This document shows positions 53,346-64,000 of a stretch of 64,000 nt of DNA, piece by piece. The translations under genes and the position numbers were made by a program. The DNA comes from Raillietiella orientalis. Its lineage: Eukaryota. The stretch lies in assembly GCA_036172245.1 (NCBI GenBank), contig JAYWIR010000002.1, positions 682,001 to 746,000 on the forward strand, written 5' to 3'. Each line of letters starts with the position of its first letter. Positions within the stretch are counted from its first letter, which is position 1. The notes beneath the pieces were generated by a model that did no database searches, had not been told where the DNA came from, and saw only the letters and a program-made list of their open reading frames with translations.

Positions 53346-53849
53346 TTTTCTGTCTTGAAAGTTGGAGGCGGAGTGCCCCTCGCTCCATTCTCTGAGTTCT
53401 TCCGTGCACAGCTTCTTCCGCACCTCTCAGGTTTTCGCCGAATCCACGCCGTCCCTTCGGGACAGCACGTTCGGAGCTGCGGCATGTGCTCCCGAAGACA
53501 ACTGGGATGAGATGAACGGACATTAATGTCCGTGCATCGTCGCTCATCCTAGTTGTCTTCGGACTCGAGCAGGAGTTGCTTAGCTCAATGACATCTAAAC
53601 ACACACACGCAGGCACACCACACACAAGTGCACATCAAACCTCCGCGTGATTTTTCCCCCTTTTGCACGCCACATTTGCTAAATCCACATGCAAAGGCAG
53701 AGCGTCAGGTGACAAGGTGGCATTCATCTCTACATGGGATGCTCTCGACAGGCTGGTTGATGAGAACGAACTCTTCGGTTTTAAATATCCATGGGTAACG
53801 AGATGATCTGCCGCCCTTTTCGTCCTTGCTGTTGAAACCACCTGTGACA

Positions 53850-55200
53850 AATCTCACAGTAGAAACGGCCTACTGGTAGAAACGACGCGTTCCAGATCAT
53901 CTTCTGGATTATCATGTTATCCCCTTAACGCCGTGGCTGTTTACTCAGAATCGGTTCCGACAAAGGTGATTGCGAACGAGCGGAGGTGCGGCTGTGCTTC
54001 TGCTCACTGCTGTTGGGATTAAGAACTCCAGATGAGTTTGTTCCTTGACTCCTCACTCAGGGACGCCGGAGGAGCTTGCAGGTGACCCGAAGTGTGACGA
54101 GAGGGGAAGTCGTCGAAGGTCCCCTGGTCACATTCAACTGAGGTTACACGGATTGGGAGGGGTACCGCGCCGCTGCGCCCATGAGGCAAATGTGCCAGGT
54201 GCTACGACGGCGCGTATCGCATCCGTATCCAGTAGTAACCTGGGGTCCGTCAATAAGTCCTGCGTGGAAGTCCAGCGAGTATCGCATTTTCGCTCATCGA
54301 TGATGTGAAAACCGTTCTCAGTCCTTCCGCCTGAGAGATGTGCTGACACAAGAGAACATCATCCATTCCCCAGTCAGAGGTGGAAGAGAATCTTTTGGTA
54401 GCTTTGACAGCCGGTGCGACCTGGGCGGATGGATCAGAACGAACAAGAAATCGTGCCAGATGTGGATCTGAGAACTCGGTTCCTCTCTTTGTCTGTGCTT
54501 CAGATCTGCCAAAGAACGATAAAAGGACCTGCCACTTGTTTTTGTTTGTGACTGCAATCGGTAGGGCGGCTTCCGCAACAGCAGCTTTCCGCACGCTGCT
54601 GTCGGTAGCCCCGGTGCAGACTATCAGTCGGTGACTCGTATTTCGAGAAGTCAGGTCAGGTCGAAATCCCGAAACTGACAATTGTCTGCGTGCGGCACAT
54701 GATGTTCCAGACATCTCCGTAGCCACTTGAGAGAAAACGGGGGACAGAGCTCCGAGAACGACGGACGATTTTTGCTGGGTTCCGCAATCCTCAGCAAGCT
54801 GTCGCCGCATGAGCAGGACGTGGGAAACGAGAAATCCCATTCCGCCAGCGGTCGGTCCATCCGTTCCCAGCTTCTCCTCAGCTTCTGAGAATCGAAAAGC
54901 CATCTAAATTTCGGGAACCGCGAATCGGCGGACGGGGAGGACTGTTTCCTTTCAGCAACGCCACCATCTATTTTCATGGTCGATAACCTGGCACGGCTGC
55001 CGATCTCATCCAGGTGCTTCACCTCTGACCCGGCATAGAAAAAAATGGCTGTCGTCCCGGAAAACCGCCTGCAATGGCCCCCGCCTACTTGTGAAAGGCA
55101 GTGAAACGACCCAATCTGCGGTATGAGGCACGAGGGAAGCTTGGACGGTTGTGGGCAGACTGACCCGATGCCAGTGAGCGCACTCCACACCTCTATCCGA
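53850..55200 (-). mobile_element. DIRS-like RT/RNase H relic
   Basis: In order: SRARLSTMKIDGG (cf. YSRLFLVPKKDGG), GALSPVFSQV (cf. GLSSAPRVFTKV), NKNKWQVLLSFFG (cf. NxEKS...FLG), LLLDTDA (RNase H xTDAS). Confidence 0.55.
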
Positions 55201-55845
55201 TGCAGGGTCTTGTGGATCCTACCAAGTACCGCGGGGCCAATCCATTCCGTTCTTCATTACTCATTGGCTCATCCTTCCTCTTCCTATACTCCTCCTTGGT
55301 TCTGTCTCCTGAGAGGGCAGTCCCTTTCCGTCCGTTCCGGATCGGTACAGGAAGGCCCTCTACTTGCAAAACTTTCATTTAATTTAAATGGAAGGCCAAG
55401 CACTCTGCGATAAGAGGGCATAGGCATCTTTCATGGATGGGGGCATCTTTCCCGGATATGTGAACCTTGTAGCCGGCAGGCAATTGCTTTTGCCACGTCG
55501 GAGCTCTGAACCGGGGGAGAAGCTGAGCGAATCCGTTTCTGAGGAAACTTGGAAACGAACAGCTACCAAAGACTTTGGTCAGGCAATTCTTCCCCTTTCT
55601 TTCTTAGTCCTTCTGGTGGGGTGGACGGAGACTCAAGATGCAGAGAGATGCTCTCGTGAACAGTGGAGGTGTCAACCTTGAAAGTTGGCGGAGAAATACG
55701 GGACAGAGCAGATCGTCTTACCCAGGAAGCGAGGACGTCAGCCGAATGCGAGCTGAGATCCCAGTGGACGTCCTTCTTGAGAAGCAGTCTCCATCATTAA
55801 ACAACCATCCATCTTAGCAGAGAGGGAATCTGAAAGAGATGAAGT

Positions 55846-56375
55846 GCCCGCGTCGGCGACCGTGTGGCCGCAGTTTCCGCGCGTGGTACCAAAGCGTTGC
55901 GGGTTCGAATTCCGCCTGGGGAAAAATCAACGCTGAGGAATGGGTTCCGAGTCCTCCCCAACATGATGATTCTGCTTGGCCAACAGGCTTCAAATGCAGC
56001 ACTGGTGGGAGAAGATGGGAGACGGATGCCCCCGCTAACTGGCCGAGATTGAGAGTTGACCTTTCGGAGTCCTTCCAGGACACAAGGAGCGGATCCTTTC
56101 CGGGTTTCCTCTAGAAAAGAAATGCAGAGTGGCCTTTCCGGGAGACCCCTCCAGAAACAACCAGGACGAGGGTTCCCTCTCAAACGTAAAAGGAATGGAC
56201 TCCTTCCTACGGTTCCTTCCTGGATTCATAGGGCGGTCTTCCAGGGTTACCGCCTATAACTTAAAACCGTGACACGCACCCTCGGTTGTCGTGGACGGTG
56301 CTCAAAGAGCTTCGTGAGCCCCCTCTAAGGAGGCTGATGGTTCTTCAACACTTTGCGAACCAAAAAAAAAAAAAG
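55846..56375 (+). mobile_element. tRNA-headed SINE-like composite repeat, copy 3
   Basis: Begins GCCCGCGTCGGCGACCGTGTGGCC, with B box GGTTCGAATTC at 55902-55912, internal units, the CCTGGATTCATAGGGCGG block, and an A-run ending near 56374. Confidence 0.8.
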
Positions 56376-56399
56376 GAGATGAAGAGTTGCATGAGGAAC

Positions 56400-57030
56400 G
56401 GCAAGACTGGCAACGGCTTTGCATTTGCGGTTTCTCGGATGGAAGCTCCTCGCAGATTCATCCCGCCTCCTGCGCGACTTTCCACACAGCTGAAGGTTCT
56501 TTTCATTGCCATCAGTGGTTGCTGTGCTCCCATCCCAAGATGCTGATAAGGAACTCCGGAAGCTCGAGTGACCAGCCATTCACTAGCCGCTGCTGGTACC
56601 ATGGGGAGCTCGTAGAGCTCTGTTACTGCCATTCGCCTCGAGGGGCAGAACATGCTACTTGCAGTTCCTCCGATGAGGTCCCACTCTCCAAAAGGCAGGT
56701 CTCTCTCTCCTGATCCTCTCGCATTTCCAGGAGACCGTTCTGGTTCCTGCTTGAGGAAGGATGGCTTTCGGCTCCCCTCGCACAGCTAGCGACGAACTGT
56801 CTGCTTCTCAAGGGCCGTAGGAAGCCCCATGGAGCTGGTACCGACGAAGAACTCAATCTGCAACTTGTGTCCTCTTCGCGCCGAGCGAGGCGAGTCGACG
56901 AACGTCCTTCGCGTGCTCGCATCCCCCCTCTTCCCTTACTGGTCTTCCTGGCGCGGTGGTAGCGATTTCTGGCAGCAGCAGTGAACTTCCGACGTGATCG
57001 GATTTCCTTGCCAAGAAGTTTCGTACTGTT
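56400..57030 (-). mobile_element. Possible DIRS ORF1/RT junction relic
   Basis: EWQ*QSSTSSPWYQQRLVNGWSLEL resembles the DIRS RT start WQxITSDPWVLxxVxxGYxLEF. Confidence 0.4.
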
Positions 57031-58283
57031 CAAGGAAGGAAAGTGCTACGAGGGCAGCAGGATTCAGCAAGAAGAGGAGCTCTCAAATGTGGTTCTCCTC
57101 CTCCTTCTTCTAATGAAAAAGAAAGAAAGCGGACGCGACAATGCCAACAGCACAGTCAAGTTCGAATTCTTTGTACGTACAAGGGCGATGCTTATTTTTT
57201 TCTTCTTCTTCTTTCGTCTCTTTGCATTTTAGCAAGAGGCACGGCTCTCAGAGTCGCAGCGTAGGATCCAAATGCGACAGAAGTGTCAGTAGCTCACAAG
57301 ATCACCTAGAGATACACCATAATGCACTCATTTCGAGTGCTGCACCTTAACGATCTCTCAGCACGATTTATCATTTCGAAATTCTCTCAAGGTCCATTTA
57401 GTCACCCCTCCCTTTAATTTTTTTTTCCCTGATGCTTCTAGGGACCAGTAGCTCTAAATTATCAAACCTGAAAATCATGATCTGCTTTTACTTCTCCTGG
57501 CTGCGTTTTTTTTTTTTTTTTTTCCTTTATCTTTTTTTGTACGTGCGTGCGAGCGCGCGCGCTTCTGCGGTACTTCTGAGAAACCCAACGCACCGAGCAC
57601 CGGTGGCGGGGAAACCCAGAGCTCCACTGCGTGCGAAGGACGAGAATGGAATCAGATAATTACCGACATTCAATTACTTTGTTAATAACTGAGATAAGGA
57701 TGGGAGTGGACAGTAAATCTCGGAAGGAAGAGGTGCAGGTCACTGAAACGAAGCGCGGAACGGCTCGAAAGCAGAGGAAGGCCAGCGCAGGGGCGTTTTT
57801 GTATGTGATCTCAATTTTTTTTTTGACACATTATCAGGACTTTCTATCTGGCCTACTGACAAACGATCCTCCATTGTCACATCACGAAAGATGGATTTAT
57901 TCTCTCCGAAAGCTTTTGGGTATCGATAAATTGTGTTTGTTTGTCACACTCATTCATAAATCTTCCGGAGCCAGTAGTGCGTGTGTGTGTGTTTTTTTGA
58001 GCTAAGAGCCGATACGGTAAAAGATGCCGGTTCGGCAATGAAGATTCAGGTAGGGTGATCCCTTTTGCTCTGCCAGCAGAGGACGGGTCGCGTCGGAGCC
58101 TGCGTCGGGAGATCGAACTTCGGCGAGAAGAATCCTGTGCTTGCACGGGTCCTTGTCAGCTCAGCAGATCTCTCGAGAAAGCTTTCCCACAGCTCCTCTG
58201 CAAAGATTCAGACATAGAGAGAGCGCTGCATGCAATAACATTCTCACATGCAACGTAGGCAGGAAGAGATTTCCTCTCTCTTC

Positions 58284-59183
58284 TACGAGGCGCATTTCAA
58301 AAGTAAGAGCCAATCGGATATAAAGAAGGAACAAACAAGAGAAACAGAAATGTATTGGTGGTTCTAAACACACATCCCCGTTTCATTTTTTTACGTGGTC
58401 ACCATTTTTTCCCAACCACTTTTGATACCGTGGAAGAAGCTTTTTTAGACCCTCTGCATGAAATTCCGCTGCCTGGGAGTTCAGACAGTTCAGCAGCACT
58501 GCAGTTTTCCACTCCTCACCGTCCCCCTCGAATCGTTGAGCGAATTCTGGAGGTGCAGGAAGGAAGACGTGGTAGCCACTGGGCAGGACTGTAAGGTGGG
58601 TGAAAGTGTTCCCATTTGAATTTCCGAGTTGTCTGGGGTGTGAGGACAGCGTCAGTGTGTGGGATCAGAAGGGTGGTGGGCTTTATGGAGCCTGGAACAG
58701 CCATTGCTTCGCAAGTCTGCTGCGAAAGACTTTCCAAACTGCGGCGGGCCATTCAGATCCGACTATGTGGAATGCTGAGATCAGGAATTGTCCTTTTCCT
58801 TCAGGACAACGCACGCCTTGGCAACACATGCTGCCCGCACATTCCAGACAGTTCAGAAATTCAGATGGGGACTTTTTCCTGCCCAGTGGCTACCACGTCT
58901 TCCTTCCTGCACCTCCAGGATTCGCTCAACGATTCGAGGGGGACGGTGAGGAGTGGAAAACTGCAGTGCTGCTGAACTGTCTGAACTCCCAGGCAGCGGA
59001 ATTTCACGCAGAGGGTCCAGAAAAGCTCCTTCCACGGTATCAAAAGTGGTTGGGAAAAACTGGTGACCACGTGGAAAAATGGCACGGTGATGCATGTGTT
59101 TAGAACCACCAATACACTTTTGTTTCTCTTATTTGTTCTTTCTTTGTATCCGATCGGCCATCACTTCTGAGATGAGCCCTGCA
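58284..59183. mobile_element. Non-autonomous mariner derivative with an inverted duplicated 3' end
   Basis: Left end TA-CGAGGCGCATTTCAAAAGTAA; a degenerate complementary end lies near 59183. The ~300 bp arms are nearly identical inverted copies. Remnants: GFMEPGTAI...LSKLRRAIQ...GIVLFLQDNAR, PSGYHVF...LNSQAAEFHAEGPEKLLPRYQK...GDHVEK (+) and KFKWEHFHPPYSP (-). Confidence 0.9.
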
Positions 59184-62049
59184 GATGTGTTGCAGACAGT
59201 ACGGGCTATCGAAGGAGCGTGGCCACGAGATTTTTCCGGTATCTCGCACGATCGCGTGGCTGTCCATTGGCGAGCACGATGCGAGACCACTGCGTTGAGA
59301 CTTCTGCGGTACACGCGGCAAATTCACGCGGTCACCGCGCCGCAAAATTTATCCCGTCTTCCTGCACGCGGAACTCTCGGGAGAAAGCTTCAAGCTCTTC
59401 CTTGCTTGGGAGCGAAACGGCGAGCAACTCGCTTCTCGAACTGACTCTAGGAGGGAACTCGTTTCCTGATGGTCCCGTAACCATCGAAACAACACCACGG
59501 CAGATCTGTTTGATCTCGTTCCTTCCCCCCCTCCCGTTCTCGTTCATTCCGAAACATTCCACATGACAAATGCACGGATTCATCACGCGTCCCGGAGAAG
59601 CATCCTCCAGCAAACAACCTGCAACATTGTAGCGCGGCAATTTTTCACGGAATTTATTTTTAGGAGAAAACGATTTCTTATCTTGGAGAATCATTTCTAT
59701 TTCCTCTTCCTGATTTCGAAGCCGCGAATGTTTAGCACTGCAGCGGGGAGGAGGGTGCACGGGCAATGGAACACGATTATCCCTCCAGCGCCGAATCGGT
59801 AAGCCCATGCTCATTAATTGGCCTGCAGTCATCGGACCGGCAGTCATTTTAACGATGAAATTCTGGAAGCGCGGAAACCTTCAATGGATGAGATCATCCG
59901 AACAATTTTTTCTTCTTCCTTTTGTTTCCTCTCCCTATCTTATTTTATTTGATTGCCCGACCGGCGTTCTCGCAGCGCGCACGATACCAAGCCTTCTTTT
60001 CGAACAGGGCGAGGTTTCCCTTTCCTTAGTCGCAGCGAGATCAGCGGAAGGGTTATTTTTCCTCTTCTTCTGAGCATTTATCCAGATGGAGGCGATAAGG
60101 TGCAATCCCGGAATCTCGTGGTCGCCGTTCGGTCAATGCCAAACCGTGCTCTTCCTGTTTTGATGGAATCGAGTAGAACAAGGAGAACGGGCGGGAAATG
60201 CGCTGGGCCTGCTTGCTAGCAGTAGTAACGGCAGTAGTAACGTCTATTTCTGCCACGTCATCTGTAATATGATCCCAGGAGGCTGTTTCCGAGCACATCC
60301 ACAGATAATGGGGCTGGGAAGGCATCGTAACCCCGTGCAAGCTCAAGTTAATCGTGCATTTGTTATTCGCTGTGCATTATTATGTATATTGCGATTCTGT
60401 TCTATCCTGCTGTTTCGATGAATGCATCCCTTTTTCTGCTCCTGCTTCTCACGCTTCGGCTGCTTTCTACATTTCTTGTGGGTGGCTGCCATGCAATCTG
60501 TAGAAGATGAACACTTGCTATCCGAAGGCTGCTCTGCTTGCCCAAGCGGTGGACTGCATGCATCCTATCTGAGGGTTCTGGAAGAGTCGGGCAGGCCGCG
60601 AGGTAACTCCACGCTGTTTCCAAGGAGTCCAAATCATCATCTCGACGCAGCAAGAAATCACGGATGATGATGCTCCGTGATGTGTTGACGCGCGAGTTCC
60701 TCGCAACCGAGCTTGATTTCGGTGGCTGCAGCACGATTTCATTTCAAGCTACGTAAAAATGATTCTGTGCTAATCTCCATCTCCTGTATTTTTTTTTTAT
60801 TTTTTTTTTTTGCGTTTTATCTTTGGCCTGAGTGAATTATCTTCCCATTCGGGCTATGTATTAGATAATGAGCTACCAATGCTGATTCTAACAAACAAAA
60901 TGATTTTCCTTTCTTTATTAATGTGATATCTGGAATTATCATGCTCTTATACTTAATAACAGTAGGCACCTAATCATGAATAAAAGATACGGTGGAGAAA
61001 GCAATTATTTTAACGTCAAAGAACGGTTAGCAGAGGTTTATGAAGGCACACGGAAAACAGTTAACGGATGAACACTTTAAATCAAATAAATGCAAATTTT
61101 AGAGGGAGAAGAAGAAGAAGAAGAAAAAAAGAAGCGCTTTCGACTAGCATTTCAAAAAACACCCAAACTTGATGATAAAAAAAACAAAACAAAAGAACAA
61201 AAGATCGAAATATCAAGCAGATTTCCTCGTCTCGTCTATTTATTGTGCTTATATATTCATCCTATGCGCACTTAAATACACGCATAAATATTTCTGGATG
61301 TATTCGTTATGTACACAAATTTAATAGGCATACAGTATTATGTAATATGACACATAATTTAGAATGACATGGTGATTGTAAATTATTCCTCTCAGAAAGC
61401 TTTTATGGGTGACCACTGACATGGCGCTTCAATAAGATTTAATGGACGGCATCTAAATCTATGAATTTAAAGATGGAAGTATTTATTTACGAGGCGCGTC
61501 GCAGGCATTTTTGTAATCAGTACAAGGGACCAATTTTGGCACACGATTGGGAAGTAACCATTAGCAGTGCATGGAGATGAATCTCCTTTTTAGCGAATTT
61601 TTTCGCAATTATGTCGCAGATGGTTATTGGCATCCCCCCTCCCCACTCCCGTCTCCGGCAGGAGAGAGATAGCAGGGTGAAATCATGCGTTTTTGGGGGG
61701 GGGGGGGGGGGGGGGAACTGCTTTCTGAAGAAGGAATTACATCCAAGATATGTGTTCGTCATCTTGCCTCGTCACGGGATGGGAATGCCTGAATGCTTGG
61801 CAGCGAAGTCACGGAGTGCGACAGTGGTGCGGTTCTCCGTGGTGCTTTTTTTTTCCCTTCCCCCCCCCCCCCCCCCCCCCCTGCTTTTCCAGTTTATGTG
61901 GACACACTCCAGGAATGTGGATTAATGACTTTGCACCCCTGCTGGAACTGATCGAGCACGCTCCCTACCGAAATTAAAGAACAAAACAATATATACATGT
62001 ACATACATACGTGATGTCTGTCATGAAAGATAGTTTTTTTTTTTCTCTA

Positions 62050-63170
62050 ATGAATACATCTTTCGGCGAGATCTCTAATGCGTCCGCCCGCCGCGCAAGA
62101 CTGCGAGAAGATGCCGCGGTCCTGACGCAGTCACAATGCATTTTGTCCGCACCGCCTGCGCAGAGGATCGGATGCTTGGAACGGAAACAGTCTCCTAGGC
62201 GACTTCGTGAAGTTCGCTCCCACAAGTAATTAGTGAGTTAAACTTTGACAGAAATTATGTAAATCAGTGTAAACAGGAAGGCGTGCGATCATTAATCAAG
62301 ATTTCGCGAAGACTGCGAGGAACGCGTATCTGCAAAGATTGAAACCATTCTTCATCGGAATCCTTGTGCCACTGTCACGGTTATCGTAAAATATGCCGAA
62401 AAGGTAAAGATTTTGGAATGGATCCCTCGCAAATAATTGCATTCAATTCATCACCTGCCCCGGGAAAAAACGAAGCAAAGATCATCAAGGAGATAAAGGG
62501 CGGTATTCCAGTTCGGAAACTTCACGCGCCTTCCTGTCTTTTGAAACTTTATACAAACAAACGTATGTACGCTGCTTGCGTGAAAAATTCACATCGCGAT
62601 TATATACAAAGTGTGAGGAGGAAAAAAGATTTTCCAATCAGCCGACTGGCAGATGCAGTTTCAGGATGAACTGCTTCTGAGTTCAGCAAACATCGCAGAT
62701 TCCAGCAGCCGATCCCCGGTTCAGTCGAACTTTGTGCAAGCAAGGAATGCCCCGTCCTCCGAGGTCCTCCGATAATCGGTGAAGTCCCGGAGTTTCATTA
62801 CGACCAAGCTTGAAATGGTCAGGAAACATGAATTTTATTAATGTGATCTGAAGATATAAAGTCTCCTTACCATTTATCGTGACTGCTGACCTCGATCTCG
62901 TTAACTGCTCCTGAAGCATTTCATTACGAGCAGTGCGTCCACTTCCCGGTTCCGAAAACATGGGAATCTTAAATTCCGCAAGGCGATGCATTCGTTTTCC
63001 TTTTCCGAGCCAGCTCCGAAAGCCAAAAACCCATTTTCCCTATTCCTGCTCCACATTCACCGGTATCTGTGTATCTACGAGCACCACTTGCTGTGTAATC
63101 AACTTTCTTCGCTGCAGCGTAGGGAGCTGTGAACTGGAATTTCGGAAAATTCTTGGACCTTCTCAAAAGT
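62050..63170 (-). mobile_element. Possible non-LTR RT/thumb relic
   Basis: GIGKMGFWLSE (cf. DIGMxFGLDKC) and LHRLSEDLGGRGIPCL (cf. RLYLPRxxGGRGL). The match is weak. Confidence 0.3.
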
Positions 63171-63179
63171 TATGCATCT

Positions 63180-63920
63180 TCGTCTCGAAGATTTCAGCCA
63201 TCCTTTTATATTTGACCTCGTTGCTATTAGGATTGACCGCTGGCTGGAAAAAATAGCCAGATTACTTGAATACGGTATCGAATCTTTTTCATCATCAGGT
63301 GGGTCGGTTCTACAACATGATGGATGGTTTCTGTTTATCTTTTGAACTGTAGCTCATCTTCTGGAGTGTGTATTTTCATCTAGGAAATGCGATTTCTAGA
63401 AATCGAATGCTTCGTAGGAAACAGATTTATCCGCCGGTTAATTCTCAGTAACAGACATTCATCCAAGCGATTTGCTGATCAAAAATTATTCCTGCGCTCT
63501 CTTCAAAGTTCGTAATTGGGAGTATTTAGAAGTAATTTTGCACTCGCAGTCTTCGGTTCGTGCGACCGCCATTACAGTCACAGAAATGTTCCTTTCGAAA
63601 CCCATTTTTTCCTCTTGACTTCATAAACAGAAGGAGTTTGAAGAATTTTGAACAATAAGTGAGACTTTGAAACAAACAAAAAAAAAAAAAATGATAGAGC
63701 ACCTCCTTCCCCGTAGGGGATTTATCTGAATGGAGAGATCGCTCAAGAAGCTGAAGACGGCTGCAAAAGGTGGATTGTTCGATGTTCCTGAAGATGGCAG
63801 CACCACAAATGGTTGCTTCATCACGAGAGGTCTTAACAAGGTTCATCTCAGCGAGATCAACCTCTTCCGTGAAGAACAGCAGCAGCACTCCAAAGGCCAA
63901 AAGAACGGTTGCTGAGTGGG
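63180..63920 (-). mobile_element. Degraded mariner transposase relic
   Basis: VLLLFFTEEVDLAEM (HTH start), KKWVSK (cf. ARWVPK), and an FDQQI../LDEC piece resembling FLDRIVTGDETW, in mariner order. Confidence 0.4.
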
Positions 63921-64000
63921 TACGCGATTACGAAAACGCATTAAGCGAGTCTTAAACGAATATTAGCAGTCATGCTGCTGCAGTAGAGATTCATTACATC

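Noticed and set aside
55846..55925. Functional tRNA gene (also 48300-48396 and 53260-53345)
   Set aside because: A/B boxes are present, but I found no consistent cloverleaf. The copies are mutually diverged and attached to the same repeat body, so they are SINE-like heads.
40000..57000. Bacterial contamination or horizontal transfer as the cause of high GC
   Set aside because: The region holds a spliced animal gene and repeat families shared with the AT-rich side, and there are no operon-like ORFs.

Overview
Eukaryotic (animal, most likely arthropod) genomic DNA, not prokaryotic. Most of the ORF track is therefore noise, and the real genes are spliced. Four multi-exon genes can be reconstructed with GT-AG introns and consistent frames: Vps18/deep orange (+, ~11.2-16.9 kb), RSRC2-like (+, 20.8-23.1 kb), MIF (+, 26.8-27.2 kb) and a secreted arthropod-type CUB-domain protein (-, 40.3-45.9 kb). 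The rest is mostly decayed transposons: L1/Tx1-clade LINE pieces, an R4/RTE-like RT relic, many DIRS-like relics, mariner relics (one a fold-back MITE) and a tRNA-headed repeat family. The best novelty candidate is that family: a tRNA-like head, an internal minisatellite and a 3' part running into L1/Tx1 ORF2 at the same junction in two separate loci. Also notable are very short (40-52 nt) introns in the AT-rich, CpG-poor housekeeping genes versus longer introns in the GC-rich CUB domain. I found no convincing new enzymatic or defence system. All homology calls come from motif recognition by eye; no database search was run.
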